A program made the position numbers and the translations under genes. This document shows, in pieces, positions 1 to 9,711 of a stretch of 64,000 nt of DNA (the stretch's first letter is position 1; each line of letters begins with the position of its first letter). Where the stretch lies: the NCBI GenBank assembly GCA_964187785.1, contig OZ076409.1, forward strand, positions 31,312,001 through 31,376,000. Direction: 5' to 3'. This DNA comes from Amphiscolops sp. MND2022 (taxonomy: Eukaryota). The notes under the pieces are model-generated. The model had not been told where the DNA came from. It did not search any database and worked only from the letters and a program-made list of their open reading frames with translations.

Positions 1-983
1 CAAATTATTGCCCGTCATTTGAATGATGATGGAATTGTACAAGAAGTTATCCATGAACTCGCGCCTCCTCCTGTTCTGACAAGTCAGATATCTCATCCTC
101 ACGCTCAGGCTGATATATATGACTTCGTTCCATCGAACTCATCAATGCCAGCAATAATCGCAGAAAATCATACAGGTTCAACATTTTTTGGTACTTTAAA
201 AAGTTTATCGGGCGCATTATACTTTTTCCCTCGGCTATGTGTCGTCTGTTGATAGTTCCAGTTACGTAGTTACACTCAGTGTCAGTAATTTAAATAATTC
301 GAAATAAATGTCGCACTATGTCAGATAAGTTTTACGGAACAAAGTGCTCTACATAACTGGGTAGCGTTCTAAAGTATTGCAAATCCATAATAATACTTGA
401 CTATATACCACAATAATAAGATGAATAATATCCATAATAAGTTGAATAATACTTTCTGAACAAGTTTTGGTCAAACATTTGCCGTCGAGAATGATCCTTC
501 CGAATTAGTAATTAGTAAACTACAAAATAAACATGATTTCAGTTCAATTCGCAGTGTGTATATAACTGAAATCCTGAGTGATTTCACTGGAATAATTTTA
601 TGCCTTGTAATGGAGCTCACACCAGGGACCAAAATTTTGAAATCAATCGTAGAACATCGAAATTGTTTTTGTGAAAAACGGATGTTTCCAACTGAGTAAA
701 TTATTGAGCTTAACAATCAGTGTGGGATAAAAATCGTTTTTTTTAGATAACTGAATGCAATCAATTTTTTCTGAATTTCCTTGGATTTATATGCTTTCTC
801 TTATTTAAAAAAAACAGATTGATTTCAAAAATCAATTAGGTTTCGGTAATCAAATGTTTCTTGATTGGCAGAAAATGGCATGTTTATTGTATTTAAGGTT
901 ATCAAACTCCATCATGGAAACCCCCAGGCCCCAAAGAGCAGCTTGAAAATTCTAGTGTCCCGCTTCAAACACGCCCAGAGGGA

Positions 984-1874
984 TTGAATAACCCCCATTC
1001 AACACGACATCCGAACCATGCGTCATCAACGAACTTCGCCGCTCCATTGAGCCCGATCGACGCGGTCAATTCCAACGGGTGCAACTATGATTCTCCCCTC
1101 GAACTTCAGCCAGCGGCCCAGGATGCAAATGGGCGTGGTGAACTGTTGAGCGTCATGTCAAAATGGGCAGAAGGACGCTCTCATGTCGAACATCTAGTGG
1201 AAACTGACCGTGTTCCTCAAAAAGAAGGAGCCATGCTTGTGTTCCAGTCGCTCGTGATCATCTGGTGTGTCATCAACAACTACCCTGCCCGACTTCTCAA
1301 GAAGTTCACTGTGTATGACTTTGTGAACTTCGTCAAGAAAGGAAATGGTCAATATGTTTGTGCTGTGACTGATGGAAACAAGTACAAATTTAGGAGGGCT
1401 TTAAAGTTCAACGAGTTCGAGCAAAAAGTGATGACTTTCTATTTCAAACGTGTTCGCCCATTTTGGATAAATGCATTCGATGTTCTGAAAGACAGTTTTC
1501 TCACAGAACCCTTAGATTTGACTCTGCAAGAAGTAACACATTCATTTTTTTATAATTCACTAGGGAAAAAGCAATTGAATGTTACCAGAGTTTGTGAGAA
1601 CTTTCAAAACAAAATGAATGCAATCCACAGGAAGCCGAAAAGAAGACTCATCTACGAGCCAACTACAACAATTCTCGAAAATGATGGAACTGTTAGTTCA
1701 ACAGTGGAAATGATATCGCAGGAAACCAAAACGCCACCAAACAACACCCCCGATTCTGATTCAGCAGCTCAAAGACAGTTGAAGCCAGTGGAGATGACTA
1801 CGATGTCCCCGACTTCGAAAAAACAACTGTTCTACTCTAGTGATAGCTTTACCAGTCTCAATTCAGTAAATTAA
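984..1874 (+). CDS. Degenerate tyrosine-recombinase-like ORF (probably the 5' part or an exon of a YR-like/SET gene)
   Basis: The segment WCVINNYPARLLKKFTVYDF...VCAVTDGNKYK...EQKVMTFYFKRVRP...FFYNSLGK follows the spacing of eukaryotic Crypton-like YR domains (N-x-x-R-x-G...HKT...Y-x-x-x-x-RP...FF-x-x-x-x-G). The first catalytic Arg appears replaced and no H/Y box is seen. The ORF begins at TTG, so the true start is uncertain. Confidence 0.5.
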   Translation: MNNPHSTRHPNHASSTNFAAPLSPIDAVNSNGCNYDSPLELQPAAQDANGRGELLSVMSKWAEGRSHVEHLVETDRVPQKEGAMLVFQSLVIIWCVINNYPARLLKKFTVYDFVNFVKKGNGQYVCAVTDGNKYKFRRALKFNEFEQKVMTFYFKRVRPFWINAFDVLKDSFLTEPLDLTLQEVTHSFFYNSLGKKQLNVTRVCENFQNKMNAIHRKPKRRLIYEPTTTILENDGTVSSTVEMISQETKTPPNNTPDSDSAAQRQLKPVEMTTMSPTSKKQLFYSSDSFTSLNSVN

Positions 1875-2025
1875 ATCTTTTAGTATCCATCATTACGATA
1901 CACGTACCGGTAAGCTGCTGTCAGTCAAGCAGCGCAATCTGAGTAAAATGGTAAAAGGGTCATTCAGCGTAAGTTAGTCAAGTATGGAGTAGAACAGATG
2001 ATCGTGCGCACTGAAAAGTTATTGG

Positions 2026-2190
2026 ATTGAATTTGGTCCCTGCCATGAGCACAGCTGAAAATTTTTATTCAATAAAAATTTTTTCAGCTGTGCTCATGGG
2101 AGGGACCAAATTCAACCCAATCAAGTTGATCCTCAGGAGTTGAACTTGATTGGGTTGAATTTGGTCCCTGCGATGAGCACAGCTGAAAAT
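2026..2190. repeat. Double-hairpin palindromic repeat between the two + strand ORFs
   Basis: TTGAATTTGGTCCCTGCCATGAGCACAGCTGAAAAT occurs forward (~2026), inverted (~2085-2115) and forward again (~2155). Confidence 0.85.
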
Positions 2191-2287
2191 TTTGGACTGA
2201 GTTTTTTGGACTGAAAAAGTCCAAATTGCTCGAGGTGAACAAAACTCCTACAAAACTCTACTAAAGTAGTTAGTTTATGAAATTTTT

Positions 2288-3220
2288 ATGGTGAAAAAAT
2301 TTTTCCTTCTTCCGAATAATCCCGAGGACACTATTCCGACGCCGGCCGAATGCAGGGAAGAAATCATGAGAAGAGTTTGCATTGATGCGGCAGCAGCAAA
2401 GAACCTCGGAGGACGTATGAATGACCACTTGCGCTACAAACTCGTGAATTTGCGTGTCCAAAAAACCATTAACTTCTTCCATGGACCGACTCAACCGTCC
2501 AGAGATTGCGTAGCAAAATTCGTCCGCAATCGTGGTTGGTTGGATCACGCAAGAATTGTCGACCAAGCGATGATAGCGTGGAAGCCTGCAAATAGTGATG
2601 TTAGACGAATCACTAGACGTACAGTACCTGAAGTAATTCAGACGGATCTCGGAAGAGGCGTGTGTATGTTTTTTTGCAAGCTGACATCAACTTTTGTGAA
2701 CACCTCAAAAATACAAGAGTACATCTGTAACCAAGAGTGGCCCTTCCTCCAAGTTCGTGAAAAAATATTGTTCGCGAATGGTTCTGTCGGCCGAGGAGTG
2801 GTCACAACTGCCTCAATCAAAGAATCGGAAATAGTTTGTGACTACTACACAGACATTGTCATAGACCAGGCACTATTACGAGAACGTTCAAACACGCAGT
2901 ATGTTCTTGACTGTGGTGATTTTGTGCTCGATGCTACTGCCGAAACGTGCAAATGTCACCCTGGTAGAAGATCGTTTGGACGTCTCCTCAACTACAGACC
3001 GAGCAACAACCAAGAATGTAATGTGAGAATGAAGCGGGCAAATATCGGTGGCCAAGATATAGTTCTGTTCGTTGCGAAGAGACCCATCGATGTCTTGGAG
3101 GAACTCTGCTTCGATTACAATGATGCAGCTTGCAGGGCAGAGTTTTGCCAGCAACTTTCCAATTCCTCGGGTGCCTCACGGTCCCACACAGCCCCAAGGA
3201 ACATCTACCACTGGCAGTGA
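2288..3220 (+). CDS. SET-domain protein (SET8/KMT5A-like, transposon type)
   Basis: SET motifs GRGVVTT (SAM-binding G-x-G), VLDAT, GRLLNY, and LFVAKRPI..LEELCFDY at the C-terminus. Confidence 0.85.
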   Translation: MVKKFFLLPNNPEDTIPTPAECREEIMRRVCIDAAAAKNLGGRMNDHLRYKLVNLRVQKTINFFHGPTQPSRDCVAKFVRNRGWLDHARIVDQAMIAWKPANSDVRRITRRTVPEVIQTDLGRGVCMFFCKLTSTFVNTSKIQEYICNQEWPFLQVREKILFANGSVGRGVVTTASIKESEIVCDYYTDIVIDQALLRERSNTQYVLDCGDFVLDATAETCKCHPGRRSFGRLLNYRPSNNQECNVRMKRANIGGQDIVLFVAKRPIDVLEELCFDYNDAACRAEFCQQLSNSSGASRSHTAPRNIYHWQ

Positions 3221-3237
3221 ATCTGAGCGAGAGACCT

Positions 3238-3361
<124 letters not shown>

Positions 3362-3840
3362 ATCTGATCGCAGGCGTTTTCCAATTCTGGCCCTATTCAA
3401 ATTTGGCCTTTTGCATCTTTCACTTGCAACTGGCTTTTTACAAAATTGGTCTAACTACTGGCGTTTTAGTCGATTTTACAACTTTTGGCAGTTTCCCACT
3501 TCTGGCAGAATACCACTTCTGGCGGAATACTTATTGCAATCACCTCAGTTTTGATTAAATCAAAAATAACAAGATCAACATCAAAGTGGATCAACATCAA
3601 CATCATTCAACTTGAAATCCCCAACGGCTGTTTTTCCTTTCCCCCCACTGGCTGTGATCACTAATTTTTTGCCTAATAAAAATGTTCAGTTATAGTTTTT
3701 TGATTTGTCTTTTAAACAAATAAAGCACTCGTTGTGCTGACGTTACATGAAATTGCAGAAAAACTACCTTTTTGGCATTATTTTCCAGTAATTCTGTAGT
3801 GTTTGTCATGTGTGTGTGGGGGAAAGGAAAAAGAGCCACA

Positions 3841-4078
3841 ACAAGATCAACATCAAAGTTGATCAACAAGATCAACATCATTAAACTTAAAACCAACAAG
3901 ATCAACATCAAAGTTGATCAACAAGATCAACATCATTAAACTTAAAACCAACAAGATCAACATCAAAGTTGATCAACAAGATCAACATCATTAAACTTAA
4001 AACCAACAAGATCAACATCAAAGTTGATCAACAAGATCAACATCATTAAACTTAAAACCAACAAGATCAACATCAAAG
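3841..4078. repeat. 55-bp minisatellite, ~4.3 copies
   Basis: ACAAGATCAACATCAAAGTTGATCAACAAGATCAACATCATTAAACTTAAAACCA in tandem; a related single copy lies at ~3568-3615. Confidence 0.95.
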
Positions 4079-4989
4079 TAAGCTGAGTTCCATGTTACAA
4101 TAAGTACGTAATACACTCTGTCAAGGTTTTTAAGTTGTTTTTTTCATGAATAAAACAGAACGAAAAAAACACGAAAACATTTTGTAAAAAACATTTTTTT
4201 AAATGTTTTTTTCCTTTAGTGGTGAGGAAAAATTTTCTTAATAAAGGAGCAAATTGAGGAGTGGAAACGAGGTGGAATTCGCAACAAGACATGCTGGATT
4301 ATTTCATTAAAAACTGGATGGAAATTGTGTGGTATTGTGACTACTCTCCTTCCCCAAAATGACCAATTGTACCGTCATGTGGAAGATATACATATACAGG
4401 CAAAATGCGAAAAAAATACAAAAAAAAACAGTATAATTCGGAAAAAAACATGTTTTAAACACTTTTCGTGAAAAAAACAGTATAATTAACAACCTTGCAA
4501 TCTGTTGATAAGAAGAAAAGTTCCATACCGCATGAATAAAGCAAAAGTTCTGGCAACCAGCGCTTATCAGAGGCAAATGACCAATGAACAGGACTTCTGG
4601 TGAAAAGAAAGGTTGGGTCTTTTCTTATAACGGTCCCCCGGCGAAAAAATTGACCCCCACGAAGTTGCAAAATGAATGAAAGTGGACATGCGGTAATGGT
4701 TCAGCTCACATGAGTTATTTTAAACCTATCAGAGAAAAGCAGAGAAGAATTGAATGAGGTGGGGGGTCGATGAAACTTCTGGCTCTACGTTTTACGACGG
4801 TAGTAAGAAAAGACCCGAAAGGGTTTTTTGATGAACAGTGGAAAGGCCCGACTTCTGGTATAATGAAACGTTTCTAAATGCAGGTACAATCAGAGGCAAA
4901 TGACCGGAAGTTCTGGCAACAAGAACATTTTAAAAATAGAGCACTAATCAGAGGCAAATGCAGGGAGGATCAAATACAAATAAACATGT

Positions 4990-7900
4990 TCAAGAATCTA
5001 GAGACGTCTTCAAGTACTGATTGCAAGCGAACTTGACTTTATTGTAAACACGATTAACGATTTCTTCATCAATTTTGATTCCAGATTTTTTTATTGTCGC
5101 GATCAGTTGAGACTTTTTGATCGGTTCCTTCAGGTGAAAAAACAAAGCCAAACACTTTTGCTCTTCTAGAGACGGCTTGTGCTGTCGGCTGGATTTTAGC
5201 GAATTGATATAGCGCTGGCGCCGGCTGTCGTGTTTCAATACTTTCTTGGGAATTTCTGTAAATTCTTCTGCCTCTGAATCTTCATCTGGTTCGTATTCTG
5301 ATTTTTCATCTTCATCTTGTAAATCTGCTTCACTTTCAGACTCCTGCTTCCTCGTGGTTCCACGTGGGGTTACTCTCTTCGAACTTCGATGAGGTCGTTT
5401 CGTTGGTATCGGTGTTTCTCCAGCAGATGTGTCCTCTAGTGGGTCAGCACTTTCTATTTGAGGTGTTGTACCTGGATTCCGAGGTCTAGAACCTTGATTG
5501 AGAGGTGTAGCACTTCCAATTTGAGATGTAGTAGCTGGATTCTGATGAGCATTAGCTTGATTGCGAGGTGTAGCCCTTTCAATTTGAGGTGTAGTAGCTA
5601 GATTCCGAGGTTCATTACCGTGATCTCGAGGTGTAGCACCTTGATTCCGAGGTCTTGACGCATTTTTGTATTTATTTCCCGGAGTCTCCGGTCGCAGAAG
5701 AGAGCTTGATGAAGAACATTCTTCAGTTGATTCTGTTCCAACAGACGACTGCTCGAGATTGGAGAGGGCACTTAAATAGATGTTCAAAGTTTTCGTCTTA
5801 TCCCCTGGGACAACGTAGTTTTTTATCGCAGTGGCTTCCGTGTGCCCAGTTTGCTCCAAGTGCGAATTGAAAACAACAGCTCCCAAGGCCTCTCTATTAC
5901 TATAAAAATGCGTATCCCACATTTTTCTGACAGAGTTAGCGTGGAAGTCTTTCTCGATGGCATCACCAAACAAATTATTCAGCACAGATCGTATAGTGCG
6001 AGACATCGAGTGGTCGACAGTATTGCAGGATGTTGGAAATACGAGATCTGAATGAGTTTTAAATTCTCTGATGTACTGTTTTCTCAAACGTTTCAGCCAT
6101 GTCTGCTGATCTGCTTCGATTTTGACGGTAACATCATAAAATCGGCCCGTTTTATGTCTATCAGTCTCCAAACTTCCAGTTTTTTTGATTGTGTGAACAT
6201 CTTCCCAAGTTAAATTCAGAAGAACACCCGAACGGCAGTTAAGTCGAAAAGAAAGTATCATATAATTCATAGCACAAAGTTCTCTGTACTTCAGTTTTTT
6301 ATCGGCGAGATCTTTATTAAGGAAGTTGACAACCATCGAATTCACCTGCTGGACCTCAGTTAAAGAGGGAACCTTCCGTTGTAAATGTTTTCTTGTTCGT
6401 TTTGCTTCTTTTTGTGCTCCGAGTTGCATCCGGGATCGCACTTCGTCAAGAATTTTCTCCCAAGGATGCTCCTTGAAATGGGGAAATCTTTTTACAGCGT
6501 GGAGTTCAATGAAATTGAAAAATTTTTTGAGTTTGCTCAAGTAGTTTCCAATCGTTATTCGTTTTAACGCGTATGATTCTTGGTAATTTCTTACACAAAC
6601 TGACAACTTGGTTGTTTCTTCGAATTCTTTGGTCTGTGAAATGACTTCTGCAATGAAATTTTTTAAACTTGCAGACATTTTGGAGACATTTGTCACTTCA
6701 CCGTCATTGATAAGTCCTTGACAATGTTTGTCGAAATCTTCAACTATTTCGCTGTAATGTTTCAACTTGATCCCTTGGTAGCCTTTAAGAGCAATTTGGA
6801 TACTTTCGGGGAAACTTTTCGGATCCTTTCGGTTAAAAATGCGTATAAGGTGATGGTGCTTTGGATGTCCGGGTTTGAACCCTAATCTTTTAGTACAATT
6901 TTCGCATTGATAACACCTCTTCGTCTTCAACGTCGAATAATATGATGACAAAAAGGACTTCAAGACAGGATTGGTCTGTAGCTTATGCGAGTAATTCAGG
7001 TGGTCTCGCATCTTTTTGACCGATTTATCACAGATTAGACACGATTCGAAAACAGGTCGTTTTGGTTTGTTATTCTTTGCGATCGGCGTTGAATTGCAAG
7101 TTAGAGACTCCTCATGGTCATGTTCATCGTCAACATTCTCTGATGATTCTGAATCTGAGGAATTAGAATGATTTGCATTTTCTCTTTGACGTTCTTCATT
7201 CAAAAAAGAAATATCCCCCGATATGTCAATCATATCAACATCGGTGACTTCCTCGTTACCACCTATGTTGAAGTCCTCAAACAAGTCGATATTCAAGTCA
7301 GTCTGTTTCAAGTTTGTTTCGGTTTTACTATTGTTTTCTGTTCTGAGACACTCCTGAGTTGGTTGCAACTTTGTTTCTGATTCATTACTGTCTTTTGTTC
7401 TGGGAATTTCTTCCGTTGGTTGCAAGTTTGGTTCCGATTCATTACTGTCTTTTGTTCTGAGAACTTCTTCCGTTGGTTGCAAGTTTGGTTCCGATTCATT
7501 ACTGTCTTTTGTTCTGAGAATTTCTTCCGTTGGTTGCAAGTTTGGTTCCGATTCATTACTGTCTTTTGTTCTGGGAATTTCTTCCGTTGGTTGCAAGTTT
7601 GGTTCCGATTCATTACTGTCTTTTGTTCTGGGAATTTCTTCCGTTGGTTGCAAGTTTGGTTCCGATTCATTACTGTCTTTTGTTCTGGGAATTTCTTCCG
7701 TTGGTTGCAAGTTTGGTTCCGATTCATTACTGTCTTTTGTTCTGGGAATTTCTTCCGTTGGTTGCAAGTTTGTTTCTGATTCATTACTGTCTTTTGTTCT
7801 GGGAACTTCCTCAGTTCGTTGCAAGTTTGCTTCTGATTCATTACTGTCTTTTGTTCTGGGAACTTCCTCAGTTCGTTGCAAGTTTGTTTCTGATTCATTA

Positions 7901-8868
7901 CTGTCTTGTGTTCTGGGAACTTCCTCAGTTCGTTGCAAGTTTGTTTCTGATTCATTACTGTCTTTTGTTCTGGGAACTTCCTCAGTTCGTTGCAAGTTTG
8001 TTTCTGATTCATTACTGTCTTTTGCTCTGGGAACTTCCTCAGTTCGTTGCAAACTTGTTTCGGTTCCTTTATTTTCCAGTTGACTCACCTCCAAACTCGA
8101 CACTTTCTCCAGTACATCAATTCCTCTTTTGGACTTCGCACGAATCTTCGTTTGTTTCAGCTCTTCTTGCTCGTTTCTCGTTGTTGCAGGTACTTGACCA
8201 GTTATGCTCTTCAGTACAGATTGTTCTTCACTACACATAATCCTCTTCTGGACTTCGAAAGAAGTTTTGTTTTTGTTTTCATGTCCTTTACTACATATCT
8301 TCCTCTCTTGGTTTTTGCACGGAGTGTCGTTTTTGATTTCAGCTCTTTTTCTTTCATCTTCTTCGTTGTGAGCACCCTTCACGTTTTCTTCACTCTCCAC
8401 CTTCTTTTCCTCCGTTTCCTTAAAGAACCCAATTTTCCTCCACGGAGCAGTTTTAAAGCCATAGTCGTATCTGAATTCTTCGCCGCATTCGATGGCTTTG
8501 TTTGCAACAAATTTAATTCCAATAATTTCTCCCAACACGAATTTCTCGGGGAAACAGTTGCTAGGATGAAAAGGGTCAATGTCATTTATGAATCTACCTC
8601 GTGCTTCAGTCAGATCAGTTGCATCAATGATTTGGTGACGTGGTTTACCCAAATCGAATTCGAAGCCACTTGCTTCATCTTTTTTTCCTCTCAACTGTCC
8701 TCGATAGTTCACAATGAACTCATGTTTCTGGAAATAACGTTTTGCAAAAAGTCCTTTGCCCGCATAGCTGGTTTCTTTTACCTCGATATCCTCAGGATCG
8801 CTCTGTAAAAAGTTCAAGTGGTTGTTTCTCCAAGGATCCAATGTCGAGGTCTTTCTCCTGGAGGACAT
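4990..8868 (-). CDS. SET domain - 20-aa repeats - zinc fingers - tyrosine recombinase fusion protein (~1290 aa from the first ATG)
   Basis: N-terminal SET (GKGLFAK, IIDAT, RFIND, EEFRYDYG..PW). C2H2-type finger CLIC..HLNYSH. Core-binding-like helix TIGNYLSKLKKFFNF. YR catalytic motifs NCRSG (R), HKTG (K), ANSVRK (R), GHTEATAIKNY (H, Y). The ORF is uninterrupted. First in-frame ATG is at 8868; a TTTTCACAG acceptor-like site just upstream allows for an additional 5' exon. Confidence 0.9.
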   Translation of the reverse strand: MSSRRKTSTLDPWRNNHLNFLQSDPEDIEVKETSYAGKGLFAKRYFQKHEFIVNYRGQLRGKKDEASGFEFDLGKPRHQIIDATDLTEARGRFINDIDPFHPSNCFPEKFVLGEIIGIKFVANKAIECGEEFRYDYGFKTAPWRKIGFFKETEEKKVESEENVKGAHNEEDERKRAEIKNDTPCKNQERKICSKGHENKNKTSFEVQKRIMCSEEQSVLKSITGQVPATTRNEQEELKQTKIRAKSKRGIDVLEKVSSLEVSQLENKGTETSLQRTEEVPRAKDSNESETNLQRTEEVPRTKDSNESETNLQRTEEVPRTQDSNESETNLQRTEEVPRTKDSNESEANLQRTEEVPRTKDSNESETNLQPTEEIPRTKDSNESEPNLQPTEEIPRTKDSNESEPNLQPTEEIPRTKDSNESEPNLQPTEEIPRTKDSNESEPNLQPTEEILRTKDSNESEPNLQPTEEVLRTKDSNESEPNLQPTEEIPRTKDSNESETKLQPTQECLRTENNSKTETNLKQTDLNIDLFEDFNIGGNEEVTDVDMIDISGDISFLNEERQRENANHSNSSDSESSENVDDEHDHEESLTCNSTPIAKNNKPKRPVFESCLICDKSVKKMRDHLNYSHKLQTNPVLKSFLSSYYSTLKTKRCYQCENCTKRLGFKPGHPKHHHLIRIFNRKDPKSFPESIQIALKGYQGIKLKHYSEIVEDFDKHCQGLINDGEVTNVSKMSASLKNFIAEVISQTKEFEETTKLSVCVRNYQESYALKRITIGNYLSKLKKFFNFIELHAVKRFPHFKEHPWEKILDEVRSRMQLGAQKEAKRTRKHLQRKVPSLTEVQQVNSMVVNFLNKDLADKKLKYRELCAMNYMILSFRLNCRSGVLLNLTWEDVHTIKKTGSLETDRHKTGRFYDVTVKIEADQQTWLKRLRKQYIREFKTHSDLVFPTSCNTVDHSMSRTIRSVLNNLFGDAIEKDFHANSVRKMWDTHFYSNREALGAVVFNSHLEQTGHTEATAIKNYVVPGDKTKTLNIYLSALSNLEQSSVGTESTEECSSSSSLLRPETPGNKYKNASRPRNQGATPRDHGNEPRNLATTPQIERATPRNQANAHQNPATTSQIGSATPLNQGSRPRNPGTTPQIESADPLEDTSAGETPIPTKRPHRSSKRVTPRGTTRKQESESEADLQDEDEKSEYEPDEDSEAEEFTEIPKKVLKHDSRRQRYINSLKSSRQHKPSLEEQKCLALFFHLKEPIKKSQLIATIKKSGIKIDEEIVNRVYNKVKFACNQYLKTSLDS
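7320..8062 (-). repeat. In-frame 60-bp coding minisatellite (~12 copies of TKDSNESEPNLQPTEEIPR-like 20-mer)
   Basis: Direct 60-bp periodicity, with two subtypes (LQRTEEVPR vs LQPTEEIPR) arranged in blocks. Confidence 0.97.
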
Positions 8869-9561
8869 GTCAACTTGGAAGTCTGTGAAAATCCCTAAGA
8901 AACAATGATTGGATCCCCAAGACCACGTCTCTGGATTCAACAGTTCGATGAACAGAATCTGAAGATGAACGAAATCTTGAAATGGAGTAAATCATATTTG
9001 GATATCTTGACGTCTCTGGATTAACTATTTGTATAAATAATGAAGGCGTGTAAAACTTACAGCATTGACTAAAATTAGACATAAATTTGATTGGCTACAA
9101 GGAAAACAAAGCTATTCAGATGGAACAGAACTGTTGGAAGTTGAATCGGTTGTTGATAAGAACAAAAATTGGATCAAGGCATGGGAAACACATTGCGGGG
9201 AAATTTGTTCTCTAGTGGTGTGGGTCCAGTCATGCCTCCCATGGCAACCCCCTAAGGCTCTAAAGAGTTCAGAGGTCATACCGCTGGGTAGGGAAGTGGG
9301 GGTCACCCTAGAAGTGGGCTTTAAAATTTGTTTCTATCCAATCGTTCCGCAAAGACCCTCTTGGGGTTCGCTGCACAAGCTGGCGACGATAGAGCAGGAG
9401 TTGTCGGTTATGGGTGCAATTGATTTGGTCGTGACTTCTAATTTATTAACCATAGGGTTTTAATAGATTTTAAGATATCTAAGATTTTACGTTTCACGAT
9501 TTGAGTCACATTTCAAGATTTTTTTAGCAATAAAATCAGAAGTCACGACGAAATGAATGAC

Positions 9562-9711
9562 CACCTTGGAAAACAGAGTCTTGTCTTGATTTTATAAATA
9601 AGTGAAAGACTTGAATTCAGAATCATCGGTATAGAAATCTATACTTCGCCTAATTTAAAAGTCTCGATTTTATGACTAAACCATCAAGACAAGACTCCGT
9701 TTTCAAAGGTG
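9562..9711. repeat. ~30-bp inverted repeat pair with ~90-bp spacer
   Basis: CACCTTGGAAAACAGAGTCTTGTCTTGAT ... ATCAAGACAAGACTCCGTTTTCAAAGGTG. Confidence 0.8.

Noticed and set aside
19..252. ORF at window start
   Set aside because: Short, probably truncated by the window edge, no recognisable motif.
3841..4078. CRISPR-like appearance of regular repeats (also 50870-52492 and 29840-29970)
   Set aside because: No unique spacers of constant length, no cas genes, eukaryotic transposon context.
7308..8240. Overlapping repetitive ORFs in other frames
   Set aside because: Shadows of the 60-bp coding repeat in the SET-YR ORF.
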